A DNA stretch of 41,936 nucleotides. Origin: a virus. Both the position numbers and the translations under genes were made by a program. Below, piece by piece: positions 1-10,058 of this stretch (within the stretch, counting starts at the first letter, position 1; each line of letters starts with the position of its first letter). The stretch spans positions 1 through 41,936 of IMG/VR virus record IMGVR_UViG_3300040801_000626; one strand, 5' to 3'. The notes under the pieces are model-generated. The model did no database searches. It worked only from the letters and a program-made list of their open reading frames with translations, and was not told the origin of the DNA.

Positions 1-117
1 TGCGGTGGATAATGCGGCCACTAATTTTAACGTACCCGCTTCTTATCTAGGGGCTATGGTTAGCCGGGAATACGGTCAATACCTAAAGCCTACTAAGGTA
101 GCCAAAGATAAATTTAA
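1..117. repeat. Left copy of 117-bp terminal direct repeat (identical to 41820-41936)
   Basis: Read directly: bases 1-117 (TGCGGTGGATAATGCGGCC...CCAAAGATAAATTTAA) recur base for base at 41820-41936. This implies a circular-closure overlap or a short DTR. Unique length is 41,819 bp. Confidence 0.95.
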
Positions 118-2062
118 ACCCGTATCAATTAATATGGGTTATGATATTTCAACATTACCTAACGACGTAGTTGATGCCGTAACAGTTGCGGGTCAGTTGC
201 TAGATACCAACCTTACAGTTACTTCCCCTAAAGGGTCCTCCGAGGGGGTGAGTATAGTTACAGCCGGTATGGACGATAAGTCTCTTGCCGAGTTGACCGG
301 GGCCTTAGTGGACGGAGGCTTTACCGGGTTCGAGGAAACCGAAGGCGTATTACATGTCTCCATGCAAGCTCAGGTTCCCTCGACATTTGGGGACGAGGGG
401 GGAAAGCCTTGGGGTGGCTGGACTTACCTCTCCCCTTCTGTTTTAGAGACCTTAAAAGAAAAAGGTTTCGCTCCCGGCGTAGATGCGTCGGCGGTTAAAA
501 GGAATAAAATTCAACCATTAGAAAGTGATATTGACTACGGTAAGCCTACGGGTATTACCGACGAAGAGGGCAAGCCTACGTCCTCGGCCTTAGGTATAGC
601 GCAGTTTATAGATAGCACTTGGTTACGTACGATCAAACGTCCCGACGTTGCCGCCGTTATGGGGATAGACCTTTCACAATCGGACGGAGAGTTATTAGAG
701 CTGCGTAAGAACCCGGAGCTTGCCATCATGGCCTCTGCCGCTTTAGCACGGGATAACAATAGTATTATGAAGAAAGTTATAGGAAGAGACGCTAATGCCG
801 GGGAGCTATACATGGCGCATTTTCTTGGCGCTAACGGGGCTATTAAGTTAATACAAGCCTATAAGAATATGCCGGACCAAAGGGCTAAAGATATTTTCCC
901 GGAGCAGGCTAAGGCTAATAAACCCGTTTTCGAGTATAAGAAGACAGGCAAACATAAAACTATAGCCGAGGTATACGAGGACATTGAGAGCGAATTTACA
1001 CTTACACCTACACAAGTGGCTTACGAAGACGTACAGCTACAACAAAAGGTATTAGCCAAAACAGAAAAAGCGTTGGCCGAGGACCCTATATCCCATGCGT
1101 CTAAAGTTGGTTCCCACCAAGTCAACTCCTTAGAGGATGAAAACGGTTTCGCCGCTCGTTCTGCTACGGCTTTAAACGTTGCTAACTATTATAATATCCC
1201 GGAAGCGGACATTAAGCCCTTTACACAAGACGAGGCTATATACATTAAAGAAAAAATTGACAACGGCACTACGGACGAGGTTCTACAGATCATGGAAGAG
1301 ATTAACACCATGGGACCTAAAATGTCGGTAGCCGCCGCCAAGCAACTTGAAGCCTACGACCCGGTGTTCGCCCATGCCGCAGATTTAAAGACCGCAGGCC
1401 ATGCCAATGTCGCGTCTCAGGTGGTAAGGGGGCAAAAACGTTTACAAGAGAACCCAGAGGTTTTAAAGCAAATTGACGGGGCTACAGAGACCGAAATAGC
1501 CGCGACGTTTATACAGGCAACGGAGGGGGCCTTGTACGATGTTCCTTATAAACATAGGCAGGCTATACAACAGGCCGCGATAGCCCATTATGTTCAACAG
1601 GGATATACCAAGTCTTTTAAAGGCGCAGATTTTAAAAAGTCAGTCAACGCGGTTTTAGGAGGTTCCGATGGACGTAACGTTATTGCCAGTGTTAACGGCT
1701 ACCCAACGCTATTACCCTCCGATATGGACGAAAATACTTTCGAGGCGGCTTTGGATAATATTGGATTACAAGATTTAATGATGATGTCCCCAGACGAAAC
1801 CGTGCCTCGGTACGCGGACGGTACAGTGGTTGACCTTGACGATATTAGAGATGAAGTGAAGCTAGTAGCTCTTGGTAATGACGAATATAATTTAATGTTA
1901 GAGGACGGACAAAAGCTTGTTACAGACCAAGTAAACGCGCAAGGAATGATTAAGTTTTTTATCTTTAAACCGGACGCAGACCGGATGCGTAAAGTAGCCT
2001 CACGACCTTCCAATATAAACTTGGCCTCGGTGGATATGGTTAGTGTTAAGGAAGGGTTTTAA
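5..2062 (+). CDS. Internal virion (ejection) protein with lytic transglycosylase domain; C-terminal 685 codons of the gene that starts at 40762
   Basis: ORF track 5..2062. The GTG at 5 is not a real start: position 5 equals 41824 in the repeat, and both 40762 and 41824 are 1 mod 3, so the frame is continuous. SLT-like motif TDEEGKPTSSALGIAQFIDSTW ... ELYMAHFLGANGA (catalytic-type Glu followed by S-x-x-G-I-A-Q, as in family 1 lytic transglycosylases and the N-domain of T7 gp16). Confidence 0.8.
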   Translation: MDNAATNFNVPASYLGAMVSREYGQYLKPTKVAKDKFKPVSINMGYDISTLPNDVVDAVTVAGQLLDTNLTVTSPKGSSEGVSIVTAGMDDKSLAELTGALVDGGFTGFEETEGVLHVSMQAQVPSTFGDEGGKPWGGWTYLSPSVLETLKEKGFAPGVDASAVKRNKIQPLESDIDYGKPTGITDEEGKPTSSALGIAQFIDSTWLRTIKRPDVAAVMGIDLSQSDGELLELRKNPELAIMASAALARDNNSIMKKVIGRDANAGELYMAHFLGANGAIKLIQAYKNMPDQRAKDIFPEQAKANKPVFEYKKTGKHKTIAEVYEDIESEFTLTPTQVAYEDVQLQQKVLAKTEKALAEDPISHASKVGSHQVNSLEDENGFAARSATALNVANYYNIPEADIKPFTQDEAIYIKEKIDNGTTDEVLQIMEEINTMGPKMSVAAAKQLEAYDPVFAHAADLKTAGHANVASQVVRGQKRLQENPEVLKQIDGATETEIAATFIQATEGALYDVPYKHRQAIQQAAIAHYVQQGYTKSFKGADFKKSVNAVLGGSDGRNVIASVNGYPTLLPSDMDENTFEAALDNIGLQDLMMMSPDETVPRYADGTVVDLDDIRDEVKLVALGNDEYNLMLEDGQKLVTDQVNAQGMIKFFIFKPDADRMRKVASRPSNINLASVDMVSVKEGF

Positions 2063-4062
2063 TGACAATATTTTCAGAGGCCAATGAGGATAGTAAATAC
2101 GGTACTATAGAGGATGCGGCGCAGGGGCCGCGTCATGGTTTTCTCGACAGCTTCGAGGCGGCTTATAACTCCCACGTTAAAGGCGCTTCACAATTCGCTG
2201 TTGAAGAGGGTATGTTTAACCTAGAGCGAGACCAGTACCGGGCCATGAAGAACGCGGGTATTGAGGACGCTCCGGCTTTGTCCCCTTACAGTGTTGACGG
2301 TCTCTTGGATTTTATATCCCCTCCGGGGCCTAACACGGGAGTTGACGTTTATAAAGACGTTGCCAAATTTGTAAGCCAAGGAGGCACCCCAGAGCAAGCC
2401 GAGCGCATTAAAATGTTCGACGATAAGATCGAAGAGATAAGGGACAAATACCCCGACCTTGGCCTCCGTACTTCGGCAGAGATGTTTGCGCGTGTTAAGA
2501 GTGAAGCTCAACAGGCCGAACAGCACCACATGACGATGCGTCAAAATCTCACAGGTATGATAGGAGATTTTGCCGGGGGTACTGTAGCTTCTATGAACCC
2601 CTCTACGGACCCTTTTAACTTTTACACTCTTGGTGTGGGCGGTGTTGGGAAAACGGCTGTAAAGCGGATAGCGACGCAGGCCGGAGCGCAGGGGGTAATC
2701 GAGACTATTAATCAATTCACAGGCGTACAAGAAAGCCGCGAGATGCTCGGTCTTAATAGTGGTTTTGCCGATGCGGCGACCCGGGTGTTGTCTACCGCCG
2801 CAGGAGGGGCCGCGATACAAGGTCTTGGGGAGGCCGTGGCAAAGGGCGTGTCTGTGGGGGGTAGGTGGTTTCGTAACACGAAAGACGACCCGGCCCCGTT
2901 GGCGCTTCCGGCTCCGGGTCGGGAACAAAGGCTTTTAGAATATAATCCTAGCAACGTAGATGTAGTGAGGAACACTATATATGATACGCCGCACTTCGAC
3001 GCTATTCGTCAAGCGTCGCCTTTCCCGGACACGAGGGAGGGGCGTGTGCGTACAAAGCTGGACGTGGATTATGTAGACCGTGTACTCGACGCTTGGGACG
3101 GGCCGGACCCGGCAGACATAAAGCCTTACACCTCAACATCTATACCTAAGCCAATATCAGAATTTGTCGCCCCGGACATACGCGTAGAGGGACCCGGTAA
3201 AAAAGACCTTGACCAGTTGGCCAGAGAGATCGACCCTCAGTTATTTACTAAGTACGATCAGTTGGCGCAACGCAACCAAGAGTACCGTCGTTGGTTAGGG
3301 GAGATGCGTCCTAATGGCGATAAGGTTAATGATATGTTATCCGGGTTAATCGCCCAGGTGGACGAGTTGTCCGACATAGTAAATAACCCTAAAACAAAAT
3401 CAAGGGCGCGTAAGAAAGCTCAAAAAGAATTAGATGAATTGCTCCTTTCTAAAGAGGAACAAACCAATAAAATATTATCTACCGACACGCCGGAGATGGC
3501 TAAGGTCCGTAGGGAGATATTAAGTAACGATTTTAAAATGAGGGAGATGGCCCCCCTAGTAAGCCGGGCCTATGCAAGGGCGCAAGACAAATGGTCCTTG
3601 GGAGAAGGCGATAGAGAACTTATAAAACAGATGGTACGTACCAATAACACAAAGCTACCGCGTAACCCTTTAGAGGGGGCTGTATATGAAGACGTAGCCC
3701 CTACGTACCCGCGTACTCTTGAAGACCGCGTACCTATTTTAAGAAACGAGCCTGCAACCACTGAGGGGGTTAGACCCGGTGCGGATGCCGCCGATAGAGC
3801 TATGGCAATACTTAAAAAACATGAAGAGATTTATAACCAAAGGTTAGAAGGTTTTAGAGGTTCTATTAAGACGGCGTTGGACCCTAACGCAAAAGCGGTG
3901 ACAATACCCGGAGTGGAGACCAAGGTGCAATTAAGCGACGAGATCGTTGTGCCGGGAGAAAAAGGCAAAGACAGTAGAACGCTAACAGTACGTGAGTACC
4001 TGTTAGAGCAACAGGAAAACGAATTAGATTTAGAGGCGGTTAAAACATGTTCAATCCGGTAA
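2062..4062 (+). CDS. Large internal virion/ejection protein (666 aa)
   Basis: 666-aa ORF. Its start overlaps the upstream stop (TAATG at 2060-2064). It sits in the block of very large proteins between nozzle and tail fibre, as T7 gp14-16 core proteins do. Charged, coiled-coil-like centre; no specific catalytic motif recognised. Confidence 0.65.
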   Translation: MTIFSEANEDSKYGTIEDAAQGPRHGFLDSFEAAYNSHVKGASQFAVEEGMFNLERDQYRAMKNAGIEDAPALSPYSVDGLLDFISPPGPNTGVDVYKDVAKFVSQGGTPEQAERIKMFDDKIEEIRDKYPDLGLRTSAEMFARVKSEAQQAEQHHMTMRQNLTGMIGDFAGGTVASMNPSTDPFNFYTLGVGGVGKTAVKRIATQAGAQGVIETINQFTGVQESREMLGLNSGFADAATRVLSTAAGGAAIQGLGEAVAKGVSVGGRWFRNTKDDPAPLALPAPGREQRLLEYNPSNVDVVRNTIYDTPHFDAIRQASPFPDTREGRVRTKLDVDYVDRVLDAWDGPDPADIKPYTSTSIPKPISEFVAPDIRVEGPGKKDLDQLAREIDPQLFTKYDQLAQRNQEYRRWLGEMRPNGDKVNDMLSGLIAQVDELSDIVNNPKTKSRARKKAQKELDELLLSKEEQTNKILSTDTPEMAKVRREILSNDFKMREMAPLVSRAYARAQDKWSLGEGDRELIKQMVRTNNTKLPRNPLEGAVYEDVAPTYPRTLEDRVPILRNEPATTEGVRPGADAADRAMAILKKHEEIYNQRLEGFRGSIKTALDPNAKAVTIPGVETKVQLSDEIVVPGEKGKDSRTLTVREYLLEQQENELDLEAVKTCSIR

Positions 4063-6641
4063 GCTTCGAGACCTGTATACGGGACAATCTCAAACAACGT
4101 AACTTTGGTAAGAAGAGGGCAGACGAGATCATAGAGGATTTTCGTAGCCGCCAACAATTCTATCTCGATAGCGGTAAACAAACCGCCGACGCTTCATTGT
4201 TGGCCATGAATGATACCTTTGAAAACATGTCGCGCAACGCCGCCGAGAGAGCTAAAAGAACCTCGAAGCAGATCGCCGTGCAAGCCGAGATGAAAGATAG
4301 GATTGTAAAATCCCTAAAAGTAAATATGGCTGTATGGGCTAAGGATAATGAAGTAGGGGGCAATCGTGGGAAGGCTTTAGCCAAAGCGGCTATGTCTTTT
4401 ATCGAGAATGATGAACGTATAACCGGGTCTTCCTATGAGGGGCGTTATGAAGTCATAAGGGGTGCGCTATACGCCGTTGCACATGACGTGGTAGAGAAGG
4501 CGGGTAAGGGAACGTTCGGCCTCCAAAAAGGTAAAGCCCACTTAGATAACGTAGTGCGAGAAGTCCTTGGGGAAAATACCGGAGACAAAGCCGCGAGGGA
4601 TATAGCGCAAGGGTGGACTAAAGGGGAGAAGCTCGGCACCCAAATGTTTAATGATGCCGGAGGTTCTATGAACCGTATCGAGGGAGGGTATTTACCGGAC
4701 CCAATGAACTCGTCTGCAAAGCTTGCCGGGTCCGACATTAAAGGCAAAATTAAAAGTAAGATAGACCCAAAGAAAATAGGGGGTAAAGCTTATGACGATT
4801 TTGTTGATATAGCGAATAAGCATTGGGATTGGGATAAAATGAGATGGCCGGACGGCTCCAAGATTAAACCCGCCGACAGACCCGCCGTGATCGAGCGCGT
4901 ATATACCACTAAGGTGTACGACGGAGGTAACAAAGTGGACGATACAAAACTACGTGGTCAAGGCCAAGCTTTAGGTAACATGCTGGACCAACACCGCTTC
5001 GTTCATTATAAGAACGCCGACGGGTGGCTAGAAGCCCATAAACGTTTTGGGGACGGCAACGTCATGGACGTTATGTTCTCTCACTTTAATGACATGTCGC
5101 ACAAGATCGCTATGGTGGAAATATTTGGGCCTAACCCAGACCTAGCTTTTAAAAACCTAGAGGCTATTGTTACCAAAACAGCCTCAGACAATCTCACCCC
5201 GGACGAGCTGAAGAAAGCACAGGCTTTCATGTCAAATCGTGTAGAGAAAGCTTTTCAAGTTGTAAGCAGACAAAACCCTATGGACCCGGAGAGCCTGCCC
5301 GGACAAGCCGCCGTGTCTATCGGTAATATTCTAACCTCGGCGCAATTAGGCTCCGCGTCTTTATTGGCAATACCCGGAGACTTCATGCAAAGTATCGCTA
5401 CAAGGGCCTCTAACAATCTACCTCTATTCGACGGTATAGATATGTACTTTAAAAGCTTAGTCGGGGATAGAGCGTTCATGGACGATATAGCCGTGCAATC
5501 CGGTTACTTGGCCGACGAGCTTATCAGTTCGGTATATGCGACAACCCGCTTTACAGGTATTAACACCGTAGGTCCCGCATGGTCAAAGCGTGTAAGCGAT
5601 ACGGTTATGAGAGCGTCGTTAATGTCCGGCCATACCAAGTCCGCACGACGTACTATACAGTTTGAGTTTATGGGTATGATGCGACGCGACATGGGTAAAG
5701 AGTTTGATACGCTACCGTACAAACCTTTAATGGAGCGTTGGGGTATTACAGCCGAGGAGTGGAACGCTTTTAGAAAAGGGGTCCCGCCGCACTCCCCTCG
5801 TAAGGACATTAACTTCTTACGTCCTATAGATATTTTGAATACGGACATAAAAAACAAAGAGCTAATATATCGTAAGTTTCAAGAGATGATTATTGAAGCG
5901 GCGAGAACGGGGGTGCCGGAAGCGACTATTGGTGCCGCTATAACGCTAAAAGGCAATACGAGACCGGACACCTTTGTGGGTTTATTGCTTCATAGCTTTG
6001 CCATGTATAAGAATTTTGCCCTAACGTTTCCTTTAATATACGGGAGGTTAGGGATGGCTACTAACAATAAAAGGTTAGGGAGGCTTGGATTTTATGCAGG
6101 GTTAGGAGCGGGAATGACGTTAGTAGGTGCTATGGGCCTACAAATGAAAGAGGTCTCTAAAGGTAAAGACCCTATGGCTATGGATAACCCGAAGTTTTGG
6201 GGGGCCGCTTTCTTGGCCGGAGGCTCTACCTCCCTATGGGGGGATTTTATGTTTCGTAACGTGGACGTATACGGAGCAAGCCTAGCCGACGAGGTAGCCG
6301 GACCTTTAGTGGGGTTTGCTAATGATACAAAGACGTTAGCGTTCGGGGATGCCTTTGGTTTCGTAGATGCCTTGACAAACAATGAAGCTTACGAAGCAAA
6401 GTTTGCGGAGAGGCTTACCAACTATGTCAAAAAGTACACACCCGGCACGAATATATGGTGGTCAAGACTTGCATTAGAACGGCAAATATGGGATAGATTA
6501 GAGGAGCTTTCAAACCCGAGGGCTTACTCCAAGCGCCGCCGTAAAGAGAGACGACAAAAAGACGAAGGCGGTAATGAATATTTTTGGCCAATGGGAGAGC
6601 GTATGCCTGATCGTTTACCCCATTATAGGAATAAGGATTAG
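4047..6641 (+). CDS. Large internal virion/ejection protein (864 aa) with hydrophobic Gly-rich segments
   Basis: 864-aa ORF overlapping the upstream gene by 16 nt. C-terminal third has membrane-like segments LGFYAGLGAGMTLVGAMGLQM and FWGAAFLAGGSTSLWGDFMF, consistent with an envelope-spanning ejectosome protein. Function inferred from position. Confidence 0.65.
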   Translation: MFNPVSFETCIRDNLKQRNFGKKRADEIIEDFRSRQQFYLDSGKQTADASLLAMNDTFENMSRNAAERAKRTSKQIAVQAEMKDRIVKSLKVNMAVWAKDNEVGGNRGKALAKAAMSFIENDERITGSSYEGRYEVIRGALYAVAHDVVEKAGKGTFGLQKGKAHLDNVVREVLGENTGDKAARDIAQGWTKGEKLGTQMFNDAGGSMNRIEGGYLPDPMNSSAKLAGSDIKGKIKSKIDPKKIGGKAYDDFVDIANKHWDWDKMRWPDGSKIKPADRPAVIERVYTTKVYDGGNKVDDTKLRGQGQALGNMLDQHRFVHYKNADGWLEAHKRFGDGNVMDVMFSHFNDMSHKIAMVEIFGPNPDLAFKNLEAIVTKTASDNLTPDELKKAQAFMSNRVEKAFQVVSRQNPMDPESLPGQAAVSIGNILTSAQLGSASLLAIPGDFMQSIATRASNNLPLFDGIDMYFKSLVGDRAFMDDIAVQSGYLADELISSVYATTRFTGINTVGPAWSKRVSDTVMRASLMSGHTKSARRTIQFEFMGMMRRDMGKEFDTLPYKPLMERWGITAEEWNAFRKGVPPHSPRKDINFLRPIDILNTDIKNKELIYRKFQEMIIEAARTGVPEATIGAAITLKGNTRPDTFVGLLLHSFAMYKNFALTFPLIYGRLGMATNNKRLGRLGFYAGLGAGMTLVGAMGLQMKEVSKGKDPMAMDNPKFWGAAFLAGGSTSLWGDFMFRNVDVYGASLADEVAGPLVGFANDTKTLAFGDAFGFVDALTNNEAYEAKFAERLTNYVKKYTPGTNIWWSRLALERQIWDRLEELSNPRAYSKRRRKERRQKDEGGNEYFWPMGERMPDRLPHYRNKD

Positions 6642-6643
6642 GG

Positions 6644-8245
6644 ATGGCTATTTCAACAGAAGTAAATGCGCGGAAGCATTTAAACATACAAGCCGGAGTT
6701 GACCTTCAGAATGATTTTCCCCTTTACGCCAAAGACGAAGTTATTGTTTTCTACGGCAACGCGTCCTTAAAAGCCATAGAGATTATAGACTACTCTGTTA
6801 CATTGAACCCAGATAGTTACGATCAATTTACAATCACTCCTACGCAAAGTTTAATTGACAAGATAAACGCCCTCATAGCCTTAGACAACACAGAGACCAA
6901 TAGGGTTGTAGTACGTCGGGTTTTAGATTATAAGACCACCGTCACCAAAGAGACGGTTCGCTTAACGGCTTTTCTTTCCCGGGAGATTGAGCGCATAATG
7001 ATGCGCTTTCACCAAGTAAATGAAAAGCTTGCGAAGTCGTTAACGTTATCGGACATTGAAGTGGGGGATATTAATAACCCGATTACCATCGACCCCCCTC
7101 AGGCGGGTACGGTATTAGTGTATGATGCCGTCCGTAGGGCCTTTAAGCCCGGCCCCACCTCAGAACAAATATTATCGGCCAACGATGATGCCTTACAGGT
7201 GGCGGCAGATAAGCTCCTGATAGAGGGGTATAAAAATGAAGTGCAGGCGGCGGCAGCCCAACTCCCCCAAAACAATTATGGGGCGGCCCGCGCCCCTCTT
7301 GCCACAGACGATAATACACAAGGCTACTCCGTCGGGTCCTCTTGGGTAAATACCGCAGTATCTCCCGCAGACGCTTATCTCTGTACCAGCAGTGCCACGG
7401 GGGCGGCAACGTGGGAAGAAACCTTAATCCAACCCGCAGATTTTGGGAGTGCGGCTTTCTCAGAGGCCGTAGATTTTGCCCCGATAAAAGCCTCCTCTTA
7501 CGCCATTGACGGTTTGGAGTTTTCAAACAATGTCATGGATAGCGCACATGACATTGATATTCAACCCGGCTCTGCTTACGACCACTCAAAGGCTAAGGTT
7601 ATAACCCTAACCTCTAGCAGGACAAAACAACTCGACAGCACCTTTGTCGAAGGCACAAACGTCGGGGGTTTTGCCGCCGAGGAAACTCTCCCCGTCAATG
7701 GAACTATTCATATTTGGCTTATTGCCAAAGCAGACGGTACAACAGACATACTTGCAAACAATCACGCGGCAAGCGCCCTCTCTCCCGTCTTGCCTGTAGG
7801 CTTTACATTGAAGCGCCGCGTAGCCTCATTAACCACAGACGGTAGTGCAAATATTTTAGGCGTATCTCAATACGGTGACAGGTTTTATTACAACAACCAT
7901 ATTACTGAAGTCCACACTGCGCCGGGGGTAAGAGTCCCCGCTTCAGACGTTCCGCTTAAGCTCCCCCACGGCGTATCCCCTATAGCCCTACTCAACCTAA
8001 GACTAACATCTGCGGGTTCGGGGGTTGTTGACCGCTTTCTTCATGCATTTATACACCCCGCCGCAACCTCACCTACCCAATTAGCGTCCGTGTCAAATAA
8101 CTATGGGGCAGTGTATGTCACCCCCCAAGTCCCCATGGCCAGTGTCCCTGTTTTAAAAAATCTTGAGGTGGTACAAACCTCAGGGCCTCTTGATACAGGA
8201 TACTGGGTGCTAACACTTGGCTGGATCGACGAAAGGAAAATCTAA
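6644..8245 (+). CDS. Tail fibre / receptor-binding protein (533 aa)
   Basis: Last large gene of the virion module. The C-terminal two-thirds is rich in S/T/G/A/V. The motif GYSVGSSWVNTAVSPADAYLCTSSATGAATWE resembles the short conserved motif I recall from many phage fibres. Confidence 0.6.
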   Translation: MAISTEVNARKHLNIQAGVDLQNDFPLYAKDEVIVFYGNASLKAIEIIDYSVTLNPDSYDQFTITPTQSLIDKINALIALDNTETNRVVVRRVLDYKTTVTKETVRLTAFLSREIERIMMRFHQVNEKLAKSLTLSDIEVGDINNPITIDPPQAGTVLVYDAVRRAFKPGPTSEQILSANDDALQVAADKLLIEGYKNEVQAAAAQLPQNNYGAARAPLATDDNTQGYSVGSSWVNTAVSPADAYLCTSSATGAATWEETLIQPADFGSAAFSEAVDFAPIKASSYAIDGLEFSNNVMDSAHDIDIQPGSAYDHSKAKVITLTSSRTKQLDSTFVEGTNVGGFAAEETLPVNGTIHIWLIAKADGTTDILANNHAASALSPVLPVGFTLKRRVASLTTDGSANILGVSQYGDRFYYNNHITEVHTAPGVRVPASDVPLKLPHGVSPIALLNLRLTSAGSGVVDRFLHAFIHPAATSPTQLASVSNNYGAVYVTPQVPMASVPVLKNLEVVQTSGPLDTGYWVLTLGWIDERKI

Positions 8246-8367
8246 TGGCTTGGATTAAAAGAGACAATAGTGGTAAAATAATCGAATGGCACCGGACAGC
8301 GCCTACAGACACCTCAGGGTACGAGTATAACGAAAGCGCCCCTCTACCCTCAGAAAGCAGTATATAA
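8245..8367 (+). CDS. Small coupled ORF (40 aa), possible fibre accessory/assembly peptide
   Basis: Hand-translated: MAWIKRDNSGKIIEWHRTAPTDTSGYEYNESAPLPSESSI. TAATG overlaps at both ends (8243-8247 and 8365-8369), so it exactly fills the gap between fibre and membrane protein. Below the ORF-track size cut-off. Confidence 0.35.
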   Translation: MAWIKRDNSGKIIEWHRTAPTDTSGYEYNESAPLPSESSI

Positions 8368-8996
8368 TGACCCTACTTATCTGTATCTTTCTAATCGTAT
8401 ACATGGCTGTAACGTCTGCCGACGCAGGCGGTTCTATGCCATGGTCTCGCAAATGGAAGTGGGCCTTTATACCGGAACTACTTTTTGTACTACCTATAGC
8501 GGTAGTGAGTACATGGCAAACACAAATGCTCGTAGGTCTACCCCCTCTAGGTAGTGTCCTATGGTTTATCGTTTCCTACTTTATATCCTATATATTTATG
8601 CAATCGGCAACGTCCCCCGGTCTTAATTGGGATTGGGACTATCACGGCCCCCGAGGCAAAAAGCCTAGCTCCAAAACGTTAACTAAAGCACTCGACGTTA
8701 TCGTAAATGTCCTTAACTTTCCCCTGAAGCTTTTTAAGAAAGAGATCGTACTACCCGAGCAAGGCTCCGAGGCTTACGCGTGGTTATACATGTCGTTTAA
8801 AGGCTTCCTTATGACGCTACCTATAGGGGGTTTAGGCGCTATTGCATGGCCATTGGGGTACGAGATAGGGTCTCATGGTAAAGACCGTATCCGTCACCAC
8901 CACAGGTACACTGAGATGATAGCGGGAGCGATATGTGCTATTGCCGTAATTTCATATTGCGGTATAATGGGGCTGTTAAAAAGTTATTATATGTGA
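8367..8996 (+). CDS. Polytopic inner-membrane protein (209 aa), function unknown (holin-like or exclusion?)
   Basis: Several hydrophobic spans (LLICIFLIVYMAV, FIPELLFVLPIAVV, LWFIVSYFISYIF, FLMTLPIGGLGAIAW, IAGAICAIAVISYCGIMGLL). Lies immediately upstream of the lysis genes and is translationally coupled to them. Confidence 0.6.
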   Translation: MTLLICIFLIVYMAVTSADAGGSMPWSRKWKWAFIPELLFVLPIAVVSTWQTQMLVGLPPLGSVLWFIVSYFISYIFMQSATSPGLNWDWDYHGPRGKKPSSKTLTKALDVIVNVLNFPLKLFKKEIVLPEQGSEAYAWLYMSFKGFLMTLPIGGLGAIAWPLGYEIGSHGKDRIRHHHRYTEMIAGAICAIAVISYCGIMGLLKSYYM

Positions 8997-9328
8997 TGGA
9001 GTGGGGGACAATGATTGATTTTCTAATGTGGGCTGGTGGGCTAATTGGCAGTGGAATATTTGCACTAATTGGATGGATATTCGGAAAAGTTTTTAAGCAG
9101 ATCGAAGAATTACAACATAAAAACGATTTAATTGTTAAAGGATTGAGCGAATATAAATTGACCAGCGCAAAAGACGTACATGGATTACAAAAAAGTATTG
9201 ACGCTCACAAGCTTCATGCCTCTGAAAGATTTGCAACAAAGTTAGAGGTTCGGGATATGTCGGATAGGATAATGCTGAAGCTGGACAATATAGATAACAA
9301 GCTAGATGGGAAGGCTGATAAACAATGA
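8996..9328 (+). CDS. Single-pass membrane + coiled-coil protein, putative holin / lysis regulator
   Basis: Start re-set to ATG 8996 (TGATG overlap with the upstream stop); ATG 9011 is also preceded by GGAGTGGGGG. N-terminal TM FLMWAGGLIGSGIFALIGWIFGKVF, then a charged helical tail. Lies directly upstream of the endolysin. Confidence 0.5.
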   Translation: MEWGTMIDFLMWAGGLIGSGIFALIGWIFGKVFKQIEELQHKNDLIVKGLSEYKLTSAKDVHGLQKSIDAHKLHASERFATKLEVRDMSDRIMLKLDNIDNKLDGKADKQ

Positions 9329-9759
9329 GTTTCAGGACGAAAGCATTAGGCGCGGTTTGCGCGGCCTGTATCGCGGCCTCCGGGTTTGTATATAGTCAAA
9401 GATCAATCACAAACTTAAACGAAACCCGCGTCGAGATGCAGACGTTGGGGAATTGTGCAATTGAAAGAACGCCTGTTGACTATGTGATTGTTGACGGCGG
9501 ACGCACACAAGAGGAGCATTTAAAAAATGTTGCCAACGGCAAAAGCTGGACTAAACGCTCCCGCCACCAAGACGGAGCGGCGATAGATATTGCGGCCTAT
9601 GTGGAGGGAAAGATTACCTACGAAGCGAAATACTACGAGCCAATATTAGGAACCTTTTATTTTTGTAGCGAACTACACAATATCCCGATAATCACGGGGG
9701 GCGAATGGAAAGCGGGGGACTTCATGCACATTGAACTGGATAGGAAATACTACCCATGA
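9325..9759 (+). CDS. Endolysin, peptidase M15 (VanY / L-alanyl-D-glutamate peptidase type) with N-terminal signal-anchor
   Basis: Zn-ligand pattern SRHQDGAAIDI (H-x6-D) plus C-terminal DFMHIELD. The Gly/Ala/Cys-rich N-terminal hydrophobic stretch KALGAVCAACIAASGFVYS looks like a SAR or signal sequence. ATGA overlap with the upstream gene. Confidence 0.85.
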   Translation: MSFRTKALGAVCAACIAASGFVYSQRSITNLNETRVEMQTLGNCAIERTPVDYVIVDGGRTQEEHLKNVANGKSWTKRSRHQDGAAIDIAAYVEGKITYEAKYYEPILGTFYFCSELHNIPIITGGEWKAGDFMHIELDRKYYP

Positions 9760-10058
9760 GTTTTTTAAAACTGTTAGGGAGGAACCTAGATATGATCGCA
9801 ATGGGCGTAACATTAGCTGTGATTGGCCTGTTGTATCATAGTGTCAAGGTGTGTAGCCTAAAAAAAGAAAAGCTCACCATGGAGCTTTCTGAGGTCAAAG
9901 ACGATAAGGTTAAATTACAAAATACCTTGGACCTTCAGAAAACCGAGGCCATGATAACTGAGGAGGAGTCCAATGAATACCAAGCTAATATCCGTTCTTT
10001 GCGTCGTGATCTTAAGCGGGTGCAATCACGCCCATACAAGTGCCTTATCCTCCAATAA
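9756..10058 (+). CDS. i-spanin (Rz-like)
   Basis: 100 aa. N-terminal TM (MIAMGVTLAVIGLLYHSV), then a charged coiled-coil periplasmic domain. ATGA overlap with the endolysin stop. The o-spanin gene starts inside its 3' end. Confidence 0.7.
   Translation: MSFLKLLGRNLDMIAMGVTLAVIGLLYHSVKVCSLKKEKLTMELSEVKDDKVKLQNTLDLQKTEAMITEEESNEYQANIRSLRRDLKRVQSRPYKCLILQ

Noticed and set aside
2221-2928. 235-aa ORF antisense to the 666-aa virion protein gene
   Set aside because: It lies wholly inside a well-supported sense gene. It has an Arg/Ser/Pro/Leu-rich, low-complexity composition typical of reverse frames, with no RBS and no coupling. The same reasoning applies to the other listed antisense ORFs, such as 535-813, 1699-2013, 3831-4181, 5504-5857, 7143-7526, 11377-11801, 14028-14538, 19556-19909, 21469-21960, 36027-36383, 36981-37379 and 41373-41753.
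6644-8245. Possible diversity-generating retroelement target in the fibre gene, given the BPP-1-like structural module
   Set aside because: No reverse transcriptase ORF is present, and I found no template-repeat copy of the fibre 3' end anywhere in the window.
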